DNA of 64,000 nucleotides from NCBI GenBank assembly GCA_951406725.2, contig OX597814.1, positions 212,350,001 through 212,414,000 of the forward strand, given 5' to 3'. Origin of the DNA: Octopus vulgaris (taxonomy: Eukaryota). The position numbers and the translations under genes are program-made. The notes under the pieces are model-generated. The model had not been told where the DNA came from. It saw only the letters and a program-made list of their open reading frames with translations, and searched no databases. Positions 52,779 through 64,000 of this stretch are shown one piece after another. Numbering within the stretch: the stretch's first letter is position 1; each line of letters begins with the position of its first letter.

Positions 52779-53457
52779 AATAGCTATAACTCTTTGACTG
52801 CTATTTCTAAATTCGGTCTGTGGTAAGGCAATTCGTTGCTAAACCCTTTATTGCTTAGTATTACTTAAATTTTCCTCGAATGAGGCTTTTAGATGCCGAA
52901 GACTACTTGGTGTAATTGATAATTATTCCAAATTAATTAATTTCACCCTTCATTATTACGGATAACCATATTTTATCTCAGTGGATGACCATAGCATCTT
53001 GTTTTGGCTACACGCGGGTGGGAAGGGGCTGGTGACACAATCCTTTCATTCACACTTTGAGTTTGGTGATACTAGTTGCGGATTCTAGCTCGCTCTGATA
53101 CTGAGTTGAGTTGGTGCCTTCTAGTATCTCAAAATTCAATATATAATCATTTATGATTATAGTATTCTACGCTGAAAGAAAAGAAGTTTGGGTAACGTAG
53201 AATTATTTAATATTTAATTCTTATGCTTTCCTAAAAACTTGATTTCGAAACGTGCGTCCGTAGATAACTTAAAATTGTATGATAGATTGCCGTCAATTCA
53301 TTCTCTCTTACCTGTTTGTGTCTGCCTTCCAATTGCTGTGTGTTTTTTACTGAGATCTCCTTTTTAGTAGAAGAAATAGCTATAACTCTTTGACTGCTAT
53401 TTCTAAATTCGGTCTGTGGTAAGGCAATTCGTTGCTAAACCCTTTATTGCTTAGTAT
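52779..53457 (+). mobile_element. 596-nt unit with ~82-nt terminal redundancy and an HHR (family H2)
   Basis: 52780-52861 is repeated exactly at 53376-53457; TA-rich flanks on both sides. Confidence 0.85.
53166..53264 (+). ncRNA. Type I hammerhead with a 1-nt core deletion
   Basis: TCTACG-CTGAA[G missing]A-GAAAAGAAGTTT..AAACTTGATTTC-GAAA-CGTGCG-TC-CGTAGA. Confidence 0.7.
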
Positions 53458-53484
53458 ACCTATATAAATATATATATATATACC

Positions 53485-53540
<56 letters not shown>

Positions 53541-53772
53541 GTATATGTATAAGTATATGAGCCAAAAACAATTTTGATAAGTTTAACAGATAAATGAGCG
53601 ACAAGATTTCATTAAAATATGCCACCGGTTTCAATATTATTTATATCGTAGCAGTACAATATCAAAAGGGAAATATATTTAATGAAATTAATCTTGTATG
53701 GTCATACATTTTCCATGCAAAATTCACATCTAAGTAGTCGCAGGTCTTACTCTGGAGGTCATTGGCACACTG

Positions 53773-54090
<318 letters not shown>

Positions 54091-55621
54091 AATGGTGGAT
54101 TGATTCTGCTTGTGGTAACAATGGCTTTGGTTGTTTTCACTTCACTCGTGTGTTTGCTATTGAGGGATGGCTCGTAACTGTGGGTAGTAATAATGCAAGT
54201 GACTGGTCGTCGGTGTAGTGGCTGTATCAGCCTTTCCATGTGATAGGAGAAATAGCAGCATAGGCAGAAATTTTAGTCATAATTGCGGAAATGGTAGAAG
54301 TCATACATGTAGTTTAGCAACCCCCTTCAGTATAGTGGATAGATGAAAGGGTCTAGTTGCAATAATTAAGAAGCAGTAGTAGTAGCAGTAGAAAGTCTTA
54401 TAAGATTGATACTGTAAACCAGTACAATAGAGATTTTGTAAGGAAAACAAATGAAATATGAAAACTTTCATTCAGGCATTGCATGAGTAAAGCATCTTTA
54501 AAAAATTGAAATTGGTAGAATGTTTTAACAAAAATGTGAATATTCGTCTCCTTTTGCCATGATACATTCCTCGAAGCTTTTCTTTTTTTTTTAATTTATG
54601 CACATTCGCTATATATTTGATCTACATTTTAAGCTTTATTATCGCAGTTCTTTCGTCAGAGCAAGTGTGACTGAAGAGCTATGATAATAAAATTAAAGTG
54701 AAGATGAAATATGTAATGTCCAAAACATGTGGCAGTCATATAAATATTGAAATCCAGCTACCAAAAGTCGTTGCAGCTTCTAGAATCTCAATAATATAGT
54801 GGACTCGTATCATTTTTGTACGACATTTTTGTACTTATACAATAAGCTTTCAGAACGGTGATATAGTGCTCACATTCATGTTGCACTTTATTTACAGTGA
54901 AAGGTGATAGAATAACTGTCGTAGGAATCACAAGGCGACTCTTTTCTTTGCCAGTTGCATAATGAAGGAGAAATGTTTATGAAGAAGAAAATGTCTTTAT
55001 TTTGTGTTGGAAAGAGAATCTCTGGAAATTTTTATCGTTGAAGTCACACAAAAGACAACGAGAAATAGCTAACAATTGCTTATGTATATTCGAGAAAAAA
55101 GCGAGCACTATGTATCATTGGGAATTGATACTGATACAATATCTTCTGTCAAACTTCCGATGTCAGCAAGTCGCTCACAAAATAATTGCTTTGTGGAAGA
55201 GAAGTTGTGCACACCTCTACAATACAAGTGATTTACAGACTTGCATGTTTGCCGAGTGGATTAATTAGCACCAAAGCAGTGTGCGTCAGAGAGCTGCAAG
55301 CAAAATCTGCCGGTAAGAACTAAAACATTAATTCCAGGTAAAAGCTATGAGGCTATATCTCATCTACTGATATATACGGACATAAGATATAGTCACATCT
55401 ATTCTCATGCACAAATATACACAGAGATGCGTACTCATAAATATCTAAAAATACGAACACATCTAAAAATATGTATGTGTGAGAGAGTGCAATTGAGTTC
55501 GTATACATGTGGAGCTAAACACACACGCTACTGTATTCATTGTCATATTCTTTGTATCGAATCCATTCCAGTTAATAAATAAAATGACAATTTCCTCATA
55601 AACCGTGCGCTTTGCATTACG

Positions 55622-55702
55622 TTAATCTCTAGAAATTACACCAGTTGGTGAAGCTGGTGTCGCTGGTGTCGCTGGTGTCGCTGGTGTAATTTCTAGGTTT
55701 AA
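55622..55702. mobile_element. Tiny TTAA-flanked inverted-repeat element (piggyBac-like MITE?)
   Basis: TTAA..CTAGAAATTACACCAG / CTGGTGTAATTTCTAG..TTAA with internal (GCTGGTGTC)x3. Confidence 0.55.
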
Positions 55703-56683
55703 TGGTCTTGGAATAGAAATTGATAAAATAAAAATATCTCTTAGATTTTGGATAAAATGTTTATTATTTTTTTTTTTTTAGTTTTGACTATTCAATTTTA
55801 AGATCGTGATATCTCGACCAAAACCTAATCCCAATGCTTAAAACTATAGTCAAAGATTATATATGATCGAAATAAAATTTATATTGATCATTTACAATGA
55901 TACGCATCCATATTACCAGTAATTCACCTCCCACTACTGTTCATTCATTCGACATTGAAGAGCAGTAAAATATTAATATTCACTAAAATAATGTGCGCTC
56001 ATAGTAAATATTCTCTACTATAATTTGTTTCCTATTTTTATGAACTCTAGTACGAGTTAGCAGAATATCGGCATCCATAACGGAAGGATAATCTTCGGAA
56101 GCACTGCAGTGTGGACGTCTTTGACACGCACGTTTCATTGGGAAAATCCAATGTTATAATGAGATACTACAAGGTAGTTTTATATGGAACTTTTCAAAGT
56201 GTCAGTAAATCCAATAAGCTATTGATATATTGGATTATAGAACTTGTTCAATGCCTATTTATCGATACATTTATTCTGCGAAATCTGTTTCGCAACTACG
56301 GTATTCATTTATTTATCTTTGTTTCATTTTTATGGCATTTACAACATGGACAACGAAGATTATAAATACTAAGAGAAGTCTGTATGTTGCAACAATAATG
56401 TACTGGTTCTGCCGAATGCTGTGAAAATTAAAAAGGTGAACATTCCTTCCTGATCCGTAAGCAAAACGCCGTGGATTGCACAGATGAGCAAAAATCATTA
56501 CTGAAAGCTTGTGAATCGCACAAACACACGATATATTTTTTTCTATACACGAAATATTGGATATAGTAATTGTGAATACGAATATATAATCTGACATGTT
56601 GAATTGTCCCATATTCTGAAGTGATAATAAACCTAGTCTTTAGTATCCAGAGGGAGATTATTTTTACAAACAAATAGTAAATA

Positions 56684-57053
56684 GGCGCTGGCGTGGCTGT
56701 AGTAAGGAGATTGCTTTACAACCATACGGTCTCAGCTTCAGTACCACTGCACGGCATCTTGGTTCTGTGTCTTCGACTATACCCTCGGAACGTCCAGAGT
56801 CTTCTCAATAGGTTTGGTAGACGGAAACTGAAAGAAGCTCGTCGTATATCTATATACTTGTTTGTGAGAGCGTGTAATGTGCGTGTTTGTGCACGCGCGC
56901 GTGCGAGTGTGTTTGTTCCACACCACCGCTTCACAACATGTGTTGGTGAGTTTACTTCCCGTAACTTAACAATTCGGCAAAACGAAACGATATAATAAGT
57001 AATAAGCTTAAAAAATAAGTTCTCTAAGATCGATTTGTTTGACTTCAATATTC
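56684..57053 (+). mobile_element. Diverged SINE S1
   Basis: GGCGCTGGCGTGGCTGTAGTAAG..TTTGGTAGACGGAAACTGAAAGAAGC. Confidence 0.8.
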
Positions 57054-57149
57054 GATATATGAATATATATATGTATGTGTGTGTGTGTGCGTGCGTGTGT
57101 GTGTGTGTGACTATGTATGTATGTGTGTGTGTGTAAGTATGTATATAAG

Positions 57150-57310
57150 CAATGATACATCTCCGAGCAAGATTCAAACAGTAGCAGCACGAAATCGTGA
57201 AGTATATTTACCACCTAAATATGTCTGACCCATAATGGACGATGCTACTGTAGTTTATAGCCCCAGGAAGACATCTCCTCCAGCTGGCTATTGATACACT
57301 GTGCCCAAGC
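57150..57310. mobile_element. Family H3 terminal fragment
   Basis: GATGCTACTGTAGTTT.TAGCCCCAGGAAGACA.CTCCTCCAGCTGGCTAT matches 39273-39385 and the inverse of 39570-39700. Confidence 0.8.
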
Positions 57311-58127
57311 ATTCAGTAAGGATTTTGCACATCTTTGTAATCTACAGCATTTGTAATCTGCACATGAGTATTGAGTTTATATCCCCTTCATGGTGCGGAG
57401 ATTTGTTTTAAATTTTGAATTTATTAGTAATACAACTCTTTATTCATTGAGCAGAATTGCAATATTCCGTAGGATAAGAGACACAACGTATCATTGATGC
57501 CAAGTGCATACGATATATTATAGTTTGGCTCCTGAATCCCCTTATGTTGAATGGCGCCGGTATTGATTTAGACATTTATTAGAATGCGATATATTATGTA
57601 TGGATATTAGTTATATATTGAAATTGATTCAAAGTGGTTTTATCCCCTCCCTCTCTTAACAAATTAATTATCATTGAAGAATGACCATTTGGTTGCGTTG
57701 TTGAAAGCTAAAATATCTATTAAAGGCAGTAATAAGTTGAAAATGTTGTAGCTGAATTGTAATATATATTGCAATACACTCTCCATTCACAATATGATGT
57801 AGACGATTTTCGACATAATAACACGTGGATTGATTCAATTACAAAACTAACAAAAAATGCACTTAAAATAATGCAAGCACAAATGCCGCTTATTTCTAAC
57901 GTTTGTATTTATACTTGTTTCGCATTTCTACCAATCTTGAACAGTATTTGTGATTCTAGTTATATGTAAGTGATTTTTCTGCATAAGTGTTTGTTAAAGT
58001 ACATTTGGTTAAAACTGAGGAAATATATCAATATTCTATCCAGGTTGCCGATATATTACACTCACATAATTATGCGTGTGAGTACATTTGTGAAAGCTTG
58101 TGTAAGTGCCTAAGTGTGTGTGTGTAC

Positions 58128-58169
<42 letters not shown>

Positions 58170-58309
58170 ACATATACACAGTCATACATACATGTTCGTG
58201 GTCTACTCCTTATGTAGAGTGTGACCACCTCCTGTAGTTATACCATACATTTATCATGGCGTCCGATGTGCTTTCTAAAACCAGATAATGTTTTGAAGAA
58301 AAGATATCC

Positions 58310-58790
58310 AGAAAGATTGCCTGATGAGGGTACACTAGGCACATGCATCACAACCACAAGTGCGTGACATGGAGATCTCATATCAAGATAAACTGCACAT
58401 GATTTTGCAGGTGGGGCCCAGTTAGAATTGTCTTCTCGTCGAGTAACCAATCCCGCTCAAAAAGATCCCTGAATAAGGGTTGTTTAAGGATGTTGAACGA
58501 AACATCCATGTTTCCAGGGGTGAATTATTCAAACCCCAAAGAATCCCTCTCAACACATGGCTATGATGCTCCCCCACTACTTCTGCTCGTGATCAGATAT
58601 GCACATATCCTCAGCCACCAAGGGACATGCTCAACTGGTTAAGGTCAAACAACTGACAAACAAATCTGTGCTATTGAGCAGAATATTTGCTGTAGCCCAT
58701 CTTTTATACCAATACAAAACAATGTACATGATAACACTTCCACTCAGTTAAGATCAGAAGCCACGAGAATCACTGCCTGGTACTGCAGTT
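58310..58790 (-). mobile_element. Family B copy
   Basis: Inverse of 12955-13430. Confidence 0.8.
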
Positions 58791-59279
58791 GTTGTTGTAG
58801 TTATTGTCATTATTATGCTAAAAGTTTAATATATTTTGGCGGGAGATAGTCGAAATCATCCGCAGCAGTTCATTTGCATTATTCTGTAGATTTTGAGCTC
58901 AAAACGAGATTTTTGGATTATATATATCGAAAGACATATCGCTCAACTTCTAAAATTCTCTGCAAAATAATTTCCGTAGACTTGTATGTATAGCACCAGT
59001 TATTAAATGCAACAGTCAGTGCAGTTTTAAACGATTTGGTTGCACATAGTTGTTTACGGTTGGTATTTTTATTTTCTGTTGTATGAAAAATGCATGTGCA
59101 CCAAGCTAATCATTTCCACTAGGTGAGTAGGTATATGTTTGTGGATGTGTGTACATGCGCGATCGGTGAGAGGGTTATGTCTGTGTGTAACATGTGTATG
59201 TGTACAACGTGTATCATTTCAGTGTACAAGTTATGCTAGTCTTTGTTTCATTGTTCATCTCTGAACTCTTTATATCTCT

Positions 59280-59830
59280 AGGTTTCGTAACGTCCTTATA
59301 AAGTCGTGTTATTGAAAGTTCCTTGATGTATCCGCCTTCATGTTCGCTAGATTCTATGCCGCACTCAATAATCTATCTTCGCTTTCTGGAATTCTCAGCC
59401 AGTGCAGCAAATCTTTTATGTCTTTTTCCAAACAATACATATTTTTCGGATATTAGTCTTATAGGATTTATTTAGCATACATGCGACTACATAACTGATA
59501 AGAGATCAAGAGTAGGATCCACGGATGAATAAGTATGTCAAAGGCTTTCTGGTATATAATCAGTCTGATTTTCTGTAGTATCTTTAAAATTTTCTGTCAA
59601 GGAGTCATTTGGAATTAACTGATATTTCTAGGCAGATTTTCTCTTGTATTTTAGTATGCATGCTTTGATTGTCGTTTGTTTGGGCTTTGATATCGTATCG
59701 CGCAGATTTGGGGAATTATCCTTTCAATTTTGGAATTCCCTCCTTTACACGGATGGTTTTCTTCTTTATCCTGGTGGATTTCCCTTCTTTTGTCATTGAT
59801 ATAGACAGGTTTGCGCTCATTTTATCGTTG
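59280..59830 (-). mobile_element. Decayed RLE-type LINE RT fragment
   Basis: Minus-strand YQKAFDILIHPWIL resembles the RT motif DYxKAFDSVxHxWI; the rest is eroded. Confidence 0.45.
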
Positions 59831-59941
59831 CTGCTATTGAATAAGTGAACCATTCCTTTGGGTAGTACTATAAGTGTTTCATAGTTAAATCTACCATTAA
59901 TTGTAAGTATCGAAATATATCTTCTTTCAAGTATCGAATAT

Positions 59942-60347
59942 GCGCAGGCGTGGCTCTGTGGTAATAAGCTTGCTTATTACCACATGGTTCTGGGTCCAGT
60001 CCCACTGCGTGGCACATTAGGCAGATGTCTTCTACTATAGCCTCGGGCCGACTAAAGACTGGTCAGTGGATTAGGTAGACGGAAACTAGAAGAAACCCAA
60101 TGTAAATAAATAAATATATATATATATATATATATATAAACACATTTGTGTGCCTGTTTGTTCCCCCACCATTGCTTGACAACCGAGTTTGGTGAGTTTA
60201 CGTCCTCGTAACGTAGCGGTTCGGCAAAGATCGTGATAGAATAAATACTAGGCTTACAAAGAATAAGTTCTGTGGTCGATTTGTCGGCTCAGCGCGGTAC
60301 TCCAGCGTGGCCGCAATCAAATGAATGAAGCAGATAAAAGAATAAAA
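59942..60347 (+). mobile_element. SINE S1, full length, diverged
   Basis: GCGCAGGCGTGGCTCTGTGGTAA..GGGTCCAGTCCCACTGCGTGGC..GCGGTACTCCAGCGTGGCCGC. Confidence 0.88.
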
Positions 60348-61169
60348 TAATATTAATTATGCCAATCTTCAGAATTACTTATTCTGAAATCTTCTTCAAA
60401 CATTGCATGGTCCAGAAGAATAAGTTAGGTAGACTCCACGTAGAAGTTTCCTAAAGGAGCCTAGGATTACAAAACTTTCAGGGTGCAAACATAATCGTGA
60501 AAGAAGCGCCTTCATTTTCTCTGACGTGTATACTAAAGGATACTTTGTAATGGACAAAAATATCAAAATATTTCAGTATCAAAATATTTCAGTGGTTTGT
60601 GAATGTCTTCACTGGAGAAATCCTCAACGATATTTTCAGTCACCATTTAATTAAGTCTTCGGATAATATATATGTAGCCGGGTGTTGTCCCTGCTTTTTT
60701 ATGAAAAGCTCAGTAAGAATTGTTATGGGAACACTCCAAATGTACGACTTAGAAACCATAATCTGATGGTGGGAAATTTAATTCTGATGAATCCCTTTGA
60801 TCCAGATTACAGAAGGACTATTCTTCCCAATTGCGTTCCTTATCTTGATATTTCTTTGTTAAATATTATTTTGTGATTTTTTACTGTCTTTTAGCTAGGT
60901 TCAAATTCCTATTGATTTATGTTGCTTCAGTGTATTGTCTCAAAGTACTTGGACACCTGTAGTATCTTATTTAACAAATAGTATTAATACTACAGAATTA
61001 AGAGATAAATCGAAACGTCTCGATCAGAATAGCTTAATAGGTATCGACCTCATACGAGAAATGTAAGAGAAGCCGAGTTTAACGTTTAAAACTGGAACAC
61101 TTATTTTCATTCAACAGTATACAGACATTGACAACAATGATGGAAATAAGAATAATGTTGAAATCTTTG

Positions 61170-61222
<53 letters not shown>

Positions 61223-62727
61223 TTTCCATTTTATATCATTGCTTGTCTTAAATTACCCTAATTTCTTTTGGTTTGGTAATCTTAGCCATAAAATACATGC
61301 GACTTGAGTGTGTGTAATTAACATTAGTCTAGCGTAGAAAAACTGCATCAGTTGTTAATAGAATTACTTATTGATATTTTCGTAAGACAGGAAAATTAGC
61401 ATTGCTCTATGTTAAAAGAGAAGACATATGGAATATGAGCAATTCAGAGCTTAAAATAAACTTCTATGCAAATGGTTCTGTCATGATCTTTTCTTAATGG
61501 GTTTACTTTATCTAAGCATAAAGATACATTTATCAACATGATCTGAAAGGACAAGCATTATTCAGGATGAATGATTTAGGCAAGTTGTGTCGATTCCTTT
61601 TTAGAGCGATTCTGAATCATCGATGTATGCTTAACAGATGGAATTACTGATGCTAAATCCTGCATATTACGAATAGGAATATATGGATGTTTTGAGAAAA
61701 CTTCAGAAAAGCTATTAAAGTGTCTACAAAGATATGGAAAAGTTTTATTTACAAAGTCTATGATTGGATATCTGTCCTAAGAATTTTAGCTATAACTTAT
61801 AATGTTTTACGGGAGACATCACATGAAACATTTTCTGCGTATTATCTAATCATTATATAGAACACTAAATCACTTATATTATTTTGAAATATTTTAAAAC
61901 TTGACTCAAGTTATATTACTCACACATTTTCTGAAAACTTTTCTTTCCGATTATTGTTTTGCCATGCTTTTATAGCGTGTGCTTTATGCCTATACTCATG
62001 CAGCAAGAACGGAGAAATCAGTATAAATAGTTTTCTTATTTTGTATACTTCTGTAGTAATTGAATTGCCTTTCAGAGCTTAATCATCTAACTCAGTTTTT
62101 GAACTAAGGGCAAAACTATTCTCATAATATTATTATTTTGTTACAAATTTTGGGAAACAGAAATGTTCCTTATTTGAAAAATACAAACATCACTTTTATG
62201 TTTTTCACTGGATTGGTTTGACAGGAATTTAAGTGTTGAATGTTAATTATAAATCATAAAAAAGACCATCATTCTTAGTCATATATGTTATAGCATATAT
62301 ACCGCAAAATGCACGTCACGTACCTCAGACAGTATTCAAAGTGTACTCAATACAAATTGTGAACGAAATCTTAACTTGATTCCATTCCGACAAGATGAAA
62401 TAACTAACATGTAGACCGATGATATATTTGAAATCTACGTACATAAAAATTATCATAATTGCATTCTTTTAACGTTATTGCACTGAATTAAGATACCAGA
62501 CAAACAGCAGGAAGTAACTGTTTAGTAACTATTCTTTAATACCAAATATGCTTGTTTTGTTAGACGAAAGCTTACGGTGGCTAAAATTGGCATTTTGAGG
62601 CAAAGTATTTCACATCTATTTATGTGTTTCAATGAATTTTGACACAAAGAAACTCCGAAGATCTTACAAATCTTTGGCTTGAACACTTTGTTAATGTTGG
62701 GGGAGTCATTCCTAGTGAACCAAAAAT

Positions 62728-62900
62728 GACGCATGGCCATGTCGCTAAGATGTTGCACACACGATCGTGATATGATGGTTTCAATTTCTAGAGCGGGTGG
62801 TGCGTTGCTTTCTTGAAGAAGACACTTCATCTCGCGTTGTTCTGTGATCACTTCGACACTAGACGTTTGGTACACCGTGCACTTGTCCAGTCAATGTCGA
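62728..62900 (+). mobile_element. Old tRNA-derived SINE (family S3)
   Basis: TGGCCATGTCGCTAAG..GGTTTCAATTTC..TTCTTGAAGAAGACACTTCATCTC; degenerate A/B boxes plus CORE/V-like segment. Confidence 0.45.
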
Positions 62901-63278
62901 TTTGATGAAGAGAGTGCCCAAATGTACAACACATACATTTGACCACTATAAACAAACCAATTGTGCAGGTCGTTCGCTGCAATCCAAATATGATGATTTC
63001 ATGGTTCATCATTATTGGTGTCTCTCTGTCAAAATACGGGTGCATCCTTTCAGTTTAGTCTCTTATATATTCATTTAAATTCCTACTGGCAACATGCGTT
63101 GAAGTACGGTTATTGTGAGCCTCGCTTTCACGGGTTATATTTGACTATATGGCAGAATTTTAGTCGTTCGCATTATCTATGGTAGAATAAAATCTGATCC
63201 CAGTAATATTCCCTGTAAAATAGTTTTCGAATTTTACCACTATTATAATTAGACAATCGTGCGATAAATTTTAGAATA

Positions 63279-63561
63279 TAGTAACCCCTCACCATATTGC
63301 GGTTCACATATCACGGTTCCCCTAACGCGGTTAACCTATCGCGCTTCACCTGTCGCGGTTCACCTATCGCTGTTCACCTACCGCTGTTCACCTATCGCCG
63401 TTCATTATTTAAGCTCACACCGATTCCTCTGTGGGGTTGTTTTGCATTTTTAATAAAATATACCGTATTATACAGTATTATACTGTATTATACTTCGTGG
63501 ATTTTCACCTATCGCGGGATGTTTTAGTACGCAATAACCGCGATAGTAGAGGGATTACTGC
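63279..63561. mobile_element. Tigger/pogo-like MITE with internal 14-bp minisatellite
   Basis: Imperfect TIRs TAGTAACCCCTCACCATATTGCGGTT / AACCGCGATAGTAGAGGGATTACTG; ~7 copies of GCGGTTCACCTATC at 63299-63404. Confidence 0.7.
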
Positions 63562-64000
63562 ATATAATCTCGATTTCGCAGTTTATTTTCGTATTCATAT
63601 CACTTCATATATATCAAATTAGCTACAGTCAGTTTATGTCACAAGTCCATTTTCACATGCGACGGAATAAAATGCCAAACCTTGCTTTTAAATATACTTA
63701 GTATAATTTCTTTGAGGCGCACAATAGTAATTATCTCTGGAACACTAATGCAAATAAGAAAAGGATGTAAAAAGATGTGAAAATAAGAAAAGGATGTAAA
63801 AGTTGAAACTGATGGAGGGTAAGTGTGAAGAGAATCAATAAGAAGGCGAAGATCAACAGCATGAAGAAGAACATTAATAGCAATGATAATACGTTGTCAT
63901 TGTAGTGGTAGAAATATTGATCGTTCTGTTTGTTGTGTTAGAGGTACTCTTGACGGTGATTATATTGTTACCGCGTAGATTAATATTTAAGGAAACAATA

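Noticed and set aside
54955-55345. Possible host exon after a pyrimidine-rich AG (similar candidates near 37595 and 51600-51760)
   Set aside because: All frames hit early stops or give no recognisable protein; cannot be supported without transcript data
60560-60593. Short direct duplication TATCAAAATATTTCAG x2 (and similar at 63752-63801)
   Set aside because: Ordinary local slippage duplications with no further structure
63299-63404. Short regular repeats as a CRISPR array
   Set aside because: Head-to-tail 14-mers with no spacers, inside a MITE in eukaryotic DNA, with no cas genes

Overview
AT-rich, microsatellite-dense eukaryotic DNA. The tRNA-derived SINEs and repeat landscape suggest an octopus-like cephalopod (inference). 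I found no host protein-coding exon I can support. The window is a mosaic of decayed transposons: Penelope-like elements (PLEs), CR1/L2-type and R4/Dong-type LINEs, Tc1, mariner, maT and hAT fossils, Helitron-like elements, MITEs and SINEs. The most notable signal is a set of non-coding, (TA)n-embedded repeat units carrying type I hammerhead ribozymes (HHRs). A ~492-nt unit with an intact HHR occurs at two loci (17.9-19.3 kb and 40.7-41.8 kb; six HHR copies) as tandem plus inverted arrays, including a 239-nt mini-unit. An unrelated 596-nt unit and several further families carry degenerate HHRs. Together they resemble a retrozyme or non-autonomous PLE system. Structures were read by eye and fossil boundaries are approximate.
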